From the NCBI GenBank assembly GCA_964016885.1, contig OZ024744.1:11408001-11472000 (forward strand): a stretch of DNA of 64,000 bases, read 5' to 3'. The position numbers and the translations under genes were made by a program. Below the pieces are notes generated by a model. It saw nothing but the letters and a program-made list of their open reading frames with translations. It did not search any database and had not been told where the DNA came from. The stretch is from Eledone cirrhosa. Lineage: Eukaryota. This document shows, one piece after another, positions 28,682-44,300 of this stretch. Each line of letters starts with the position of its first letter. Position 1 is the stretch's first letter.

Positions 28682-31600
28682 CTTGTTGTACTCCAATCTG
28701 TTGTATTGTTGTACTTCAATATGTTCTGTTGTTGTACTCCAATATATTGTGTTGTTGTACTCCAATATGTTGTGTTGTTGTACTCCAATATGCTGTGTTG
28801 TTGTACTCCAATATGTTGTGTTGTTGTACTCCAATATGTTGTGTTGTTGTACTCCAATATCTTGTGTTCTTATACTCCAATATGTTGTGTTGTTATACTC
28901 CAATATGTTGTGTTGTTGTACTCCAATATGTTGTGCTGTTGTACTCCAATATGATGTGCTGTTGTACTCCAATATGTTGTGTTGTTGTACTCCAATGTGT
29001 TGTGTTGTTGTACTCCAATATGTTGTGCCGTTGTACTCCAATATCTTTTTGTTTTTGTACTCCAAAATGTTGTGTTGTTATACTCCAATATGTTGTGTTG
29101 GTTTACTCCAATATGGTGTGCTGTTGTACTCCAAATCTCGTGTTGTTATACTCCAATGTGTTGTGTTGTTATACTCCAATATGGTGTGTTGTTGAACTCC
29201 AATATGTTGTATTGTTTTTCTCCAATATGTCATGTTATACTCCAATATGTCGTGTTGCTGTACTCCAATATGTCATGCTGTTGTACTTCAATATGTTTTG
29301 CTGTTGTACTCCACCGTGTTGTGTTGTTGAACTCCAATACGTTGTGTTGTTGTTCTCCAATATTTTGTGCTGTTGTACTCCAATTTGTGTTGTTGTACTC
29401 CAATATGTTGTGTTGTTGTACTCCAATATGTTGTGTTGTTGTACTCCAATATGTTGTGTTGTTATACTCCAATATGTTGTGCTGTTGTACTCCAATATTT
29501 CGTGTTGTTGTACTCCAATATGTCGTGTTGTTGTACTCCAATATGTTTTGATGTTGTACTCAAATATGTTGTGTTGTTGTACTCCAATATGTTTTGATGT
29601 TGTACTCCAATATGTTGTGTTGTTGTACTCCAATATGTTGTGTAGTCTTACTCCAATATGTTGTGTTGTTGTACTCCAATATGCTGTGATGTTGTACTCC
29701 AATATGATGTGATGTTGTACTCCAATGTGTTGTGTTGTTGTACTCCAATGTGATGTGTTGTTGTACTCCAATATGTTGTGTTGTTATACTCCAATATGTT
29801 ATGTTGTTGTACTCCAATATGTCATGTTGTTGTACTCCAATATGTTTTGATGTTGTACTCCAATATGTCGTGTTGTTATACTCCAATATGTTATGATGTT
29901 GTACTCCAATATATTGTGTTGTTGTACTCCAATATGTTGTGTCGTTGTACTCCAATACGTTGTGTTGTTGTACTCCAATATGTTGTGTTGTTGTACTCCA
30001 ATATGTTGTTGTACTCCAATATGCCATGTTGTCGTACTCCAATATTCCGTGTTGTTGTACTCCAATATGTCATGGTGTTGTACTCCAATATGTTGTGTTG
30101 TTGTACTCCAATATGTTGTGTTGTTGTACTCCAGTATGTTGTGTTGTTGTACTCCAATATGTTGTGTTGTTGTACTCCAATATGTTGTGTTGTTGTACTC
30201 CAATATGTTGTGTTGTTGTACTCCAATATGTTGTGTTGTTGTACTCCAATATGCCATGTTGTTATACTCCAATATGTGGTGGTGTTGTACTCCAATATGT
30301 CATGTTGTTGTACTCCAATATTTCGTGTTGTTGTACTCCAATATGTCATAGGGGTTGTACTCCAATACGCTGTGTTGCTGTACTCCAATAGGTTGTGTTG
30401 TTGTACTCCAATATGCTGTGTTGGCTGTGCTCCAATACGTTGTGTTGTTGTACTCCAATATGCTGTGCTGCTGTACTCCAATATGTTGTGTTGTTGTACT
30501 CCAATATGTTGTGTTGTTGTACTCCAATATGTTGTGTTGTTGTACTCCAATCTATATCGCTGTTGTACTCCAATATGTTGTGTTTTTGTACTCCAATATG
30601 TTGTGCTGTTGTACTCCAATATGTTGTGCTGTTGTACTCCAATATTTTGTGCTGTTATACTCCAATATATTGTGTTGTTATACTCCAATATGTTGTGTTG
30701 TTGTACTCCAAAATATTGTGTTGTTATACTCCAATATGTTGTGTTGTTATACTCCAATAAGTTGTGCTGTTATACTCCAATATGTTGTGTTGTTGTACTC
30801 CAATATGTTGTGCTGTTATACTCCAATATTTTGTGTTGTTATACTCCAATATGTGGTATTGTTGTACTCCAATATGTTGTGCTGTTGTACTCCAATATGT
30901 TGTGTTGTTATACTCCAACATGTTGTGTTGTTATACTCCAATATGTTGTGTTGTTATACTCGAATATGTTGTGTTGTTATACTCGAATATATTGTGTTGT
31001 TATACTCGAATATGTTGTGCTGTTGTACTCCAATATGTCGTGTTGTTGTACTCCAATATATCATGTAGTTGTACTCCAATATTTCGTGTTGTTGTACCCC
31101 AATATGTAGTGTTGTTTATACTCCAATATGTTTTGCTGTTGTACTCCAATATGTTGTGTTGCTGTACTCCTATATGTTGTGTTGTTATTCTCCAATATGT
31201 TGTGCTGTTGTACTCCAATGTGTTGTGTTGTTATACTCCAATATGTTGTGTTGATTTACTCCAATATGTTGTGTTGTTGTACTCCAATCTGTTGTGTTGT
31301 TATACTCCAATGTGTTGTGTTGTTATACTCCAATATGTTGTGTTGTTGTAGTCCAATATGTTGTGTTGTCGTACTCCAATATGTTGTGTTGTTATACTCC
31401 AATATTTCGTGTGGTTGTACTCCAATATGTCATGGTGTTGTACTTCAATATGTCGTGTTGTTGTACTCCAATATGTTGTCTTGCTGTACTCCAATATGTT
31501 GTGTTGTTGTACTCCAATATCTTGTGTTCTTATACTCCAATATGTTGTGTTGTTATACTCCAATATGTTGTGTTGTTGTACTCCAATATGTTGTGCTGTT

Positions 31601-32340
31601 TTACTCCAATATGTTGTGTTGTTGTACTCCAATATGTTGTATTGTTTTTCTCCAATATGTCATGTTATACTCCAATAAGTTGTGTTCTTGTACTCCAATA
31701 TGTTGTGTTGTTGTACTCCAATATATCATGTTGTCGTACTCCAATATGTCATGCTATACTCCAATATGTCATTGTTGTACTCCAATATGTCGTGTTGTTG
31801 TACTCCAATATGTCGTGTTGTTGTACTCCAATATGTTGTGTTGTTGTACTCCAATATGTTGTGTTGTTGTACTCCAATATGTTGTGTTGTTATACTCCAA
31901 TATGTTATGTTGTTGTACTCCAATATGTCATGTTGTTGTACTCCAATATGTTTTGATGTTGTACTCCAATATGTTGTGTTGTTGTACTCCAATATGTTTT
32001 GATGTTGTAGTCCAATATGTTGTGTTGTTGTACTCCAATATGTTGTGTAGTCGTACTCCAATATGTTGTGTTGTTGTACTCCAATATGCTGTGATGTTGT
32101 ACTCCAATATGATGTGCTGTTGTACTCCAATGCGTTGTGTTGTTGTACTCCAATATGCTGTGTTGTTATACTCCAATATGTTGTGTTGTTGTACTCCAAT
32201 ATGTTGTGTTGTTGTACTCCAATATGTTGTGTTGTTGTAATCCAATATCTTGTGTAGTTATACTCCAATATGTTGTGCTGTTGTACTCCAATATGTTGAG
32301 TTGTTATACTCCAATATGTAGTGTTGTTATACTCCAATAT
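25300..32340 (+). repeat. ~4.5-4.6 kb periodic segment (HOR family B, 4,576-bp form)
   Basis: Offsets 25316->29799 (4,483), 25840->30300 (4,460), 26148->30724 and 27561->32137 (4,576). Left boundary is approximate. Confidence 0.8.
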
Positions 32341-35300
32341 GGTGTGTTCGTGTACTCCAATATGTTGTGTTATTGTACTCCAATATGTTGCGTTGTTGTA
32401 CTCCAATATGTTGTGTTGTTATACTCCAATATGTCGTGTGGCTGTACTCCAATATGTCATGTTGTTGTACTCCAATATGTCTTGTTATAGTCCAATATGT
32501 CGTGTTGTTGTACTCCAATATATCATGTAGTTGTACTCCAATATTTCGTGTTGTTGTACCCCAATATGTAGTGTTGTTTATACTCCAATATGTTTTGCTG
32601 TTGTACTCCAATATGTTGTGTTGCTGTACTCCTATATGTTGTGTTGTTATTCTCCAATATGTTGTGCTGTTGTACTCCAATGTGTTGTGTTGTTATACTC
32701 CAATGTGTTGTGTTGTTATACTCCAATATGTTGTGTTGTTGTAGTCCAATATGTTGTGTTGTTATACTCCAATATTTCGTGTGGTTGTACTCCAATATGT
32801 CATGGTGTTGTACTTCAATATGTCGTGTTGTTGTACTCCAATATGTTGTCTTGTTGTACTCCAATCTGTTGTATTGTTGTACTTCAATATGTTCTGTTCA
32901 TGTACTCCAATATATTGTGTTGTTGTACTCCAATATGTTGTGTTGTTGTACTCCAATATGTTGTGCTTTTGTACTCCAATATGTTTTGCTGTTGTACTCC
33001 ACTGTGTTGTGTTGTTGAACTCCAATATGTTGTGTTGTTGTTCTCCAATATTTTGTGCTGTTGTACTCCAATGTGTTGTGTTGTTATACTCCAATATGTT
33101 GTGTTGTGATACTCCAATGTGTTGTGTTGTTGTACTCCAATATGTTGTGTTGTTGTACTCCAATATGTTGTGTTGTTATACACCAATGTGGTGTGCTGTT
33201 GTAATCCAATATGTTATGTTGTACTCCAATATGTTGTGTTGTTATACTCCAATATGTAGTGTTGTTATACTCCAATATGTTGTGTTGTTGTACTCCAATC
33301 TGTTGTGTTATACTCCAATATGTTGTGTTGTTATACTCCAATATGTTGTGTTGTTATACTCCAATATGGTGTGTTGTTGTACTCCAATATGTTGTATTGT
33401 TTTCTCCAATATGTCATGTTATACTCCAATATGGTGTGTTCGTGTACTCCAATATGTTGTGTTATTGTACTCCAATATGTTGCGTTGTTGTACTCCAATA
33501 TGTTGTGTTGTTATACTCCAATATGTCGTGTGGCTGTACTCCAATATGTCATGTTGTTGTACTCCAATATGTCTTGTTATAGTCCAATATGTCGTGTTGT
33601 TGTACTCCAATATATCATGTAGTTGTACTCCAATATTTCGTGTTGTTGTACCCCAATATGTAGTGTTGTTTATACTCCAATATGTTTTGCTGTTGTACTC
33701 CAATATGTTGTGTTGCTGTACTCCTATATGTTGTGTTGTTATTCTCCAATATGTTGTGCTGTTGTACTCCAATGTGTTGTGTTGTTATACTCCAATGTGT
33801 TGTGTTGTTATACTCCAATATGTTGTGTTGTTGTAGTCCAATATGTTGTGTTGTCGTACTCCAATATGTTGTGTTGTTATACTCCAATATTTCGTGTGGT
33901 TGTACTCCAATATGTCATGGTGTTGTACTTCAATATGTCGTGTTGTTGTACTCCAATATGTTGTCTTGTTGTACTCCAATCTGTTGTATTGTTGTACTTC
34001 AATATGTTCTGTTGTTGTACTCCAATATATTGTGTTGTTGTACTCCAATATGTTGTGTTGTTGTACTCCAATATGCTGTGTTGTTGTACTCCAATATGTT
34101 GTGTTGTTGTACTCCAATATGTTGAGTTGTTGTAGTCCAATATCTTGTGTTCTTATACTCCAATATGTTGTGTTGTTATACTCCTATATGTTGTGTTGTT
34201 GTACTCCAATATGTTGTGCTGTTGTACTCCAATATGATGTGCTGTTGTACTCCAATATGTTGTGTTGTTGTACTCCAATGTGTTGTGTTGTTGTACTCCA
34301 ATATGTTGTGCCGTTGTACTCCAATATTTTTTTTGTTTTTGTACTCCAAAATATTGTGTTGTTATACTCCAATATGTTGTGTTGGTGTACTCCAATATGG
34401 TGTGCTGTTGTACTCCAAATCTCGTGTTGTTATACTCCAATGTGTTGTGTTGTTATACTCCAATATGGTGTGTTGTTGAACTCCAATATGTTGTATTGTT
34501 TTTCTCCAATATGTCATGTTATACTCCAATATGTTGTGTTCGTGTATTCCAATATGTTGTGTTATTGTACTCCAATATGTTGCGTTGTTGTACTCCAATA
34601 TGTTGTGTTGTTATACTCCAATATGTTGTGTTGTTGTACTCCAATATGTCATGTTGTTGTACTCCAGTATGTCTTGTTATACTCCAATATGTCGTGTTGC
34701 TGTACTCCAATATGTCATGCTGTTGTACTCCAATATTTCGTGTCGTTGTACGCCAATATGTTGTGCTTTTGTACTCCAATATGTTTTGCTGTTGTACTCC
34801 ACTGTGTTGTGTTGTTGAACTCCAATATGTTGTGTTGTTGTTCTCCAATATTTTGTGCTGTTGTACTCCAATGTGTTGTGTTGTTATACTCCAATATGTT
34901 GTGTTGTGATACTCCAATGTGTTGTGTTGTTGTACTCCAATATGTTGTGTTGTTGTACTCCAATATGTTGTGTTGTTATACACCAATGTGGTGTGCTGTT
35001 GTAATCCAATATGTTATGTTGTACTCCAATATGTTGTGTTGTTATACTCCAATATGTAGTGTTGTTATACTCCAATATGTTGTGTTGTTGTACTCCAATC
35101 TGTTGTGTTATACTCCAATATGTTGTGTTGTTGTACTCCAATATGTTGTATTGTTGTTCTCCAATATGTCATGCTATACTCCAATAAGTTGTGTTCTTGT
35201 ACTCCAATATGTTTTGTTGTTGTACTCCAATATGTTGTGTTGTTGTACTCCAATATATCATGTTGTCGTACTCCAATATGTCATGTTATACTCCAATATG

Positions 35301-38300
35301 TCGTTGTTATACTCCAATATGTCATGTTGCTGTACTCCAACATGTCGTGTTGTAGTACTCCAATATGTTTTGATGTTGTACTCCAATATGTTGTGTTGTT
35401 GTACTCCAATATGTTGTGTTGTTGTACTCCAATATGTTGTGTTGTTATACTCCAATATGTTGTGCTGTTGTACTCCAATATGTCATGTTGTTGTACTCCG
35501 ATATTTCGTGTTGTTCTACTCCAATATTTCGTGTTGTTGTACTCCAATATCTCGTGGTGTTGTACTCCAATATGTTTTGATGTTGTACTCCAATATGTCG
35601 TGTTGTTGTACTCCAATATGTTGTGTTGTTGTACTCCAATATGCTGTGTTGTTATACTCCTATATGTTGTGCTGTTGTACTTCAATATGTTGTGTTCTAC
35701 TCCAATATGTTGTGTTGTTCTACTCCAATATGTTGTGTTGTTGTACTCCAATATGTGATGTTGTTGTACTCCAATATGTCGTATTGTTGTACTCCAATAT
35801 ATTGTGTTGTTATACTCCAATATTTCGTGTTGTTTTAGTCCAATATGTCATGTTGTTTTACTCCAATATTTCGTGTTGTTGTACTCCAATATGTCATGGT
35901 GTTGTACTTCAATATGTCGTATTGTTGTACTCAAATATGTTGTGTTGTTGTTCTCCAATATGTCGTGTTGTTATACTCCAATATGTTATGATGTTGTACT
36001 CCAATATATTGTGTTGTTGTACTCCAATATGTTGTGTTGCTGTACTCCAATATGTTGTGTCGTTGTACTCCAATATGTTGTGTTGTTGTACTCCAATATG
36101 TTGTGTTGTTGTACTCCAATATGTTGTTGTACTCCAATATGCCATGTTGTTATACTCCAATATTTCGTGGCGTTGTACTCCAATATGTCATGTTGTTGTA
36201 CTCCAATATTTCGTGTTGTTGTACTCCAATATGTCGTAGGGGTTGTACTCCAATATGGTGTGTTGTTGTACTCCAATATGCTGTGTTGCTGTACTCCAAT
36301 AGGTTGTGTTGTTGTACTCCAATATGCTGTGTTGGCTGTGCTCCAATACGTTGTGTTGTTGTACTCCAATATGTTGTGCTGCTGTACTCCAATATGTTGT
36401 GTTGTTGTACTCCAATATGTTGTGTTGTTGTACTCCAATATGTTATGTTGTTGTACTCCAATCTATATCGCTGTTGTACTCCAATATGTTGTGTTGTTGT
36501 ACTCCAATATGTTGTGTTGTTGTACTCCAAAATATTGTGTTGTTATACTCCAATATGTTGTGTTGTTATACTCCAATATGTTGTGCTGTTATACTCCAAT
36601 ATGTTGTGTTGTTGTACTCCAATATGTTGTGCTGTTATACTCCAATATTTTGTGTTGTTATACTCCAATATGTGGTATTGTTGTACTCCAATATGTTGTG
36701 CTGTTGTCCTCCAATATGTTGTGTTGTTATACTCCAACATGTTGTGTTGTTATACTCCAATATGTTGTGTTGTTATACTCGAATATTTTGTGTTGTTATA
36801 CTCGAATATCTTGTGTTGTTATACTCGAATATGTTGTGCTGTTGTACTCCAATATGTCGTGTTGTTGTACTCCAATATATCATGTAGTTGTACTCCAATA
36901 TTTCGTGTTGTTGTACCCCAATATGTAGTGTTGTTTATACTCCAATATGTTTTGCTGTTGTACTCCAATATGATGTGCTGTTGTACTCCAATATGTTGTA
37001 TTGTTGTTCTCCAATATGTCATGTTATACTCCAATAAGTTGTGTTCTTGTACTCCAATATGTTGTGTTGTTGTACTCCAATATATCATGTTGTCGTACTC
37101 CAATATGTCATGTTATACTCCAATATGTCATTGTTGTACTCCAATATGTCATTGTTGTACTCCAATATGTCGTGTTGTTGTACTCCAATATGTCGTGTTG
37201 TTGTACTCCAATATGCTGTGTTGTTATACTCCAATATGTTGTGTTGTTGTACTCCAATATGTTGTGTTGTTATACTCCAATATGTTGTGTTGTTGTACTC
37301 CAATATGTCATGTTGTTGTACTCCAATATGTTGCGTTGTTGTACTCCAATATATCATGTTGTCGTACTCCAATATGTTTTGATGTTGTACTCCAATATGT
37401 TGTGTTGTTGTACTCCAATATGTTGTGTAGTCGTACTCCAATATGTTGTGTTGTTGTACTCCAATATGCTGTGATGTTGTACTCCAATATGATGTGCTGT
37501 TGTACTCCAATGCGTTGTGTTGTTGTACTCCAATATGCTGTGTTGTTATACTCCAATATGTTGTGTTGTTATACTCCAATCTGTTGTGTTGTTATACTCC
37601 AATATATTGTGTTGTTATACTCCAATATGTTGTGTTGTTTTACTCCAATATCTTGTATTGTTGTTCTCCAATATGTCATGTTATACTCCAATAAGTTGTG
37701 TTCTTGTACTCCAATATGTTGTGTTGTTGTACTCCAATATGTTGTGTTGTTGTACTCCAATATATCATGTTGTCGTACTCCAATATGTCATGTTATACTC
37801 CAATGTGTCATTGTTGTACTCCAATATGTCGTGTTGTTGTACTCCAATATGTCGTGTTGTTGTACTCCAATATGTTGTGTTGTTGTACTCCAATATGTTG
37901 TGTTGTTGTACTCCAATATGTTGTGTTGTTATACTCCAATATGTTATGTTGTTGTACTCCAATATGTCATGTTGTTGTACTCCAATATGTTTTGATGTTG
38001 TACTCCAATATGTCGTGTTGTTATACTCCAATATGTTATGATGTTGTACTCCAATATATTGTGTTGTTGTACTCCAATATGTTGTGTTGCTGTACTCCAA
38101 TATGTTGTGTCGTTGTACTCCAATACGTTGTGTTGTTGTACTCCAATATGTTGTGTTGTTGTACTCCAATATGTTGTTGTACTCCAATATGCCATGTTGT
38201 CGTACTCCAATATTTCGTGTTGTTGTACTCCAATATGTCATGATGTTGTACTCCAATATGTTGTGTTGTTGTACTCCAATATGTTGTGTTGATGTACTCC

Positions 38301-41300
38301 AATATGTTGTGTTGTTGTACTCAAATATGTTGTGTTGTTGTACTCCAATATGTTGTGTTGTTGTACTCCAATATGTTGTGTTGTTGTACTCCAATATGTT
38401 GTGTTGTTGTACTCCAATATGCCATGTTGTTATACTCCAATATGTGGTGGTGTTGTACTCCAATATGTCATGTTGTTGTACTCCAATATTTCGTGTTGTT
38501 GTACTCCAATATGTCATAGGGGTTGTACTCCAATATGCTGTGTTGCTGTACTCCAATAGGTTGTGTTGTTGTACTCCAATATGCTGTGTTGGCTGTGCTC
38601 CAATACGTTGTGTTGTTGTACTCCAATATTTTGTGCTGCTGTACTCCAATATGTTGTGTTGTTGTACTCCAATATGTTGTGTTGTTGTACTCCAATATGT
38701 TGTGTTGTTGTACTCCAATCTATATCGCTGTTGTACTCCAATATGTTGTGTTGTTGTACTCCAATATGTTGTGCTGTTGTACTCCAATATGTTGTGCTGT
38801 TGTGCTCCAATATTTTGTGCTGTTATACTCCAATATATTGTGTTGTTATAATCCAATATGTTGTGTTGTTGTACTCCAAAATATTGTGTTGTTATACTCC
38901 AATATGTTGTGTTGTTATACTCCAATAAGTTGTGCTGTTATACTCCAATATGTTGTGTTGTTGTACTCCAATATGTTGTGCTGTTATACTCCAATATTTT
39001 GTGTTGTTATACTCCAATATGTGGTATTGTTGTACTCCAATATGTTGTGCTGTTGTACTCCAATATGTTGTGTTGTTATACTCCAACATGTTGTGTTGTT
39101 ATACTCCAATATGTTGTGTTGTTATACTCGAATATGTTGTGTTGTTATACTCGAATATCTTGTGTTGTTATACTCGAATATGTTGTGCTGTTGTACTCCA
39201 ATATGTCGTGTTGTTGTACTCCAATATATCATGTAGTTGTACTCCAATATTTCGTGTTGTTGTACCCCAATATGTAGTGTTGTTTATACTCCAATATGTT
39301 TTGCTGTTGTACTCCAATATGTTGTGTTGCTGTACTCCTATATGTTGTGTTGTTATTCTCCAATATGTTGTGCTGTTGTACTCCAATGTGTTGTGTTGTT
39401 ATACTCCAATATGTTGTGTTGATTTACTCCAATATGTTGTGTTGTTGTACTCCAATCTGTTGTGTTGTTATACTCCAATGTGTTGTGTTGTTATACTCCA
39501 ATATGTTGTGTTGTTGTAGTCCAATATGTTGTGTTGTCGTACTCCAATATGTTGTGTTGTTATACTCCAATATTTCGTGTGGTTGTACTCCAATATGTCA
39601 TGGTGTTGTACTTCAATATGTCGTGTTGTTGTACTCCAATATGTTGTCTTGCTGTACTCCAATATGTTGTGTTGTTGTACTCCAATATCTTGTGTTCTTA
39701 TACTCCAATATGTTGTGTTGTTATACTCCAATATGTTGTGTTGTTGTACTCCAATATGTTGTGCTGTTTTACTCCAATATGTTGTGTTGTTGTACTCCAA
39801 TATGTTGTATTGTTTTTCTCCAATATGTCATGTTATACTCCAATAAGTTGTGTTCTTGTACTCCAATATGTTGTGTTGTTGTACTCCAATATATCATGTT
39901 GTCGTACTCCAATATGTCATGTTATACTCCAATATGTCATTGTTGTACTCCAATATGTCGTGTTGTTGTACTCCAATATGTCGTGTTGTTGTACTCCAAT
40001 ATGTTGTGTTGTTGTACTCCAATATGTTGTGTTGTTGTACTCCAATATGTTGTGTTGTTATACTCCAATATGTTATGTTGTTGTACTCCAATATGTCATG
40101 TTGTTGTACTCCAATATGTTTTGATGTTGTACTCCAATATGTTGTGTTGTTGTACTCCAATATGTTTTGATGTTGTAGTCCAATATGTTGTGTTGTTGTA
40201 CTCCAATATGTTGTGTAGTCGTACTCCAATATGTTGTGTTGTTGTACTCCAATATGCTGTGATGTTATACTCCAATATGATGTGCTGTTGTACTCCAATG
40301 CGTTGTGTTGTTGTACTCCAATATGCTGTGTTGTTATACTCCAATATGTTGTGTTGTTGTACTCCAATATGTTGTGTTGTTGTACTCCAATATGTTGTGT
40401 TGTTGTAATCCAATATCTTGTGTAGTTATACTCCAATATGTTGTGCTGTTGTACTCCAATATGTTGAGTTGTTATACTCCAATATGTAGTGTTGTTATAC
40501 TCCAATATGTTGTGTTGTTGTACTCCAATCTGTTGCGTTATACTCCAATATGTTGTGTTGTTATACTCCAATATGTTGTGTTGTTATACTCCAATATGTT
40601 GTGTTGTTGTACTCCAATATGTTGTGTAGTCGTATTCCAATATGTTGTGTTGTTGTACTCTAATATGTTTTGTTGTTATTCTCCAATATGTTGTGATGTT
40701 GTACTCCAATGTGTTGTGTTGTTGTACTCCAATGTGATGTGTTGCTGTACTCCAATATGTTGTGCTGTTGTACTCCAATATTTTTTGTTTTTTGTACTCC
40801 AATATGTTGTGTTGTTATACTCCAATATGTTGTGTTGTTATACTCCAATATGGTGTGTTGTTGTACTCCAATATGTTGTATTGTTTTCTCCAATATGTCA
40901 TGTTATACTCCAATATGGTGTGTTCGTGTACTCCAATATGTTGTGTTATTGTACTCCAATATGTTGCGTTGTTGTACTCCAATATGTTGTGTTGTTATAC
41001 TCCAATATGTCGTGTGGCTGTACTCCAATATGTCATGTTGTTGTACTCCAATATGTCTTGTTATAGTCCAATATGTCGTGTTGTTGTACTCCAATATATC
41101 ATGTAGTTGTACTCCAATATTTCGTGTTGTTGTACCCCAATATGTAGTGTTGTTTATACTCCAATATGTTTTGCTGTTGTACTCCAATATGTTGTGTTGC
41201 TGTACTCCTATATGTTGTGTTGTTATTCTCCAATATGTTGTGCTGTTGTACTCCAATGTGTTGTGTTGTTATACTCCAATGTGTTGTGTTGTTATACTCC

Positions 41301-44300
41301 AATATGTTGTGTTGTTGTAGTCCAATATGTTGTGTTGTCGTACTCCAATATGTTGTGTTGTTATACTCCAATATTTCGTGTGGTTGTACTCCAGTATGTC
41401 ATGGTGTTGTACTTCAATATGTCGTGTTGTTGTACTCCAATATGTTGTCTTGTTGTACTCCAATCTGTTGTATTGTTGTACTTCAATATGTTCTGTTGTT
41501 GTACTCCAATATATTGTGTTGTTGTACTCCAATATGTTGTGTTGTTGTACTCCAATATGCTGTGTTGTTGTACTCCAATATGTTGTGTTGTTGTACTCCA
41601 ACATGTTGTGTTGTTGTACTCCAATATCTTGTGTTCTTATACTCCAATATGTTGTGTTGTTATACTCCAATATGTTGTGTTGTTGTACTCCAATATGTTG
41701 TGCTGTTGTACTCCAATATGATGTGCTGTTGTACTCCAATATGTTGTGTTGTTGTACTCCAATGTGTTGTGTTGTTGTACTCCAATATGTTGTGCCGTTG
41801 TACTCCAATATTTTTTTGTTTTTGTACTCCAAAATGTTGTGTTGTTATACTCCAATATGTTGTGTTGGTTTACTCCAATATGGTGTGCTGTTGTACTCCA
41901 AATCTCGTGTTGTTATACTCCAATGTGTTGTGTTGTTATACTCCAATATGGTGTGTTGTTGAACTCCAATATGTTGTATTGTTTTTCTCCAATATGTCAT
42001 GTTATACTCCAATATGTCGTGTTGCTGTACTCCAATATGTCATGCTGTTGTACTTCAATATGTTTTGCTGTTGTACTCCACCGTGTTGTGTTGTTGAACT
42101 CCAATACGTTGTGTTGTTGTTCTCCAATATTTTGTGCTGTTGTACTCCAATTTGTGTTGTTGTACTCCAATATGTTGTGTTGTTGTACTCCAATATGTTG
42201 TGTTGTTGTACTCCAATATGTTGTGTTGTTATACTCCAATATGTTGTGCTGTTGTACTCCAATATTTCGTGTTGTTGTACTCCAATATGTCGTGTTGTTG
42301 TACTCCAATATGTTTTGATGTTGTACTCAAATATGTTGTGTTGTTGTACTCCAATATGTTTTGATGTTGTACTCCAATATGTTGTGTTGTTGTACTCCAA
42401 TATGTTGTGTAGTCTTACTCCAATATGTTGTGTTGTTGTACTCCAATATGCTGTGATGTTGTACTCCAATATGATGTGATGTTGTACTCCAATGTGTTGT
42501 GTTGTTGTACTCCAATGTGATGTGTTGTTGTACTCCAATATGTTGTTGTACTCCAATATGCCATGTTGTCGTACTCCAATATTTCGTGTTGTTGTACTCC
42601 GATATGTCATGGTGTTGTACTCCAATATGTTGTGTTGTTGTACTCCAATATGTTGTGTTGTTGTACTCCAATATGCTGTGTTGTTGTACTCCAATATGTT
42701 GTGTTGTTGTACTCCAATATGTTGTGTTGTTGTACTCCAATATGTTGTGTTGTTGTACTCCAATATGTTGTGTTGTTGTACTCCAATATGCCATGTTGTT
42801 ATACTCCAATATGTGGTGGTGTTGTACTCCAATATGTCATGTTGTTGTACTCCAATATTTCGTGTTGTTGTACTCCAATATGTCATAGGGGTTGTACTCC
42901 AATATGCTGTGTTGCTGTACTCCAATAGGTTGTGTTGTTGTACTCCAATATGCTGTGTTGGCTGTGCTCCAATACGTTGTGTTGTTGTACTCCAATATGC
43001 TGTGCTGCTGTACTCCAATATGTTGTGTTGTTGTACTCCAATATGTTGTGTTGTTGTACTCCAATATGTTGTGTTGTTGTACTCCAATCTATATCGCTGT
43101 TGTACTCCAATATGTTGTGTTGTTGTACTCCAATATGTTGTGCTGTTGTACTCCAATATGTTGTGCTGTTGTGCTCCAATATTTTGTGCTGTTATACTCC
43201 AATATATTGTGTTGTTATAATCCAATATGTTGTGTTGTTGTACTCCAAAATATTGTGTTGTTATACTCCAATATGTTGTGTTGTTATACTCCAATAAGTT
43301 GTGCTGTTATACTCCAATATGTTGTGTTGTTGTACTCCAATATGTTGTGCTGTTATACTCCAATATTTTGTGTTGTTATACTCCAATATGTGGTATTGTT
43401 GTACTCCAATATGTTGTGCTGTTGTACTCCAATATGTTGTGTTGTTATACTCCAACATGTTGTGTTGTTATACTCCAATATGTTGTGTTGTTATACTCGA
43501 ATATGTTGTGTTGTTATACTCGAATATCTTGTGTTGTTATACTCGAATATGTTGTGCTGTTGTACTCCAATATGTCGTGTTGTTGTACTCCAATATATCA
43601 TGTAGTTGTACTCCAATATTTCGTGTTGTTGTACCCCAATATGTAGTGTTGTTTATACTCCAATATGTTTTGCTGTTGTACTCCAATATGTTGTGTTGCT
43701 GTACTCCTATATGTTGTGTTGTTATTCTCCAATATGTTGTGCTGTTGTACTCCAATGTGTTGTGTTGTTATACTCCAATATGTTGTGTTGATTTACTCCA
43801 ATATGTTGTGTTGTTGTACTCCAATCTGTTGTGTTGTTATACTCCAATGTGTTGTGTTGTTATACTCCAATATGTTGTGTTGTTGTAGTCCAATATGTTG
43901 TGTTGTCGTACTCCAATATGTTGTGTTGTTATACTCCAATATTTCGTGTGGTTGTACTCCAATATGTCATGGTGTTGTACTTCAATATGTCGTGTTGTTG
44001 TACTCCAATATGTTGTCTTGCTGTACTCCAATATGTTGTGTTGTTGTACTCCAATATCTTGTGTTCTTATACTCCAATATGTTGTGTTGTTATACTCCAA
44101 TATGTTGTGTTGTTGTACTCCAATATGTTGTGCTGTTTTACTCCAATATGTTGTGTTGTTGTACTCCAATATGTTGTATTGTTTTTCTCCAATATGTCAT
44201 GTTATACTCCAATAAGTTGTGTTCTTGTACTCCAATATGTTGTGTTGTTGTACTCCAATATATCATGTTGTCGTACTCCAATATGTCATGTTATACTCCA

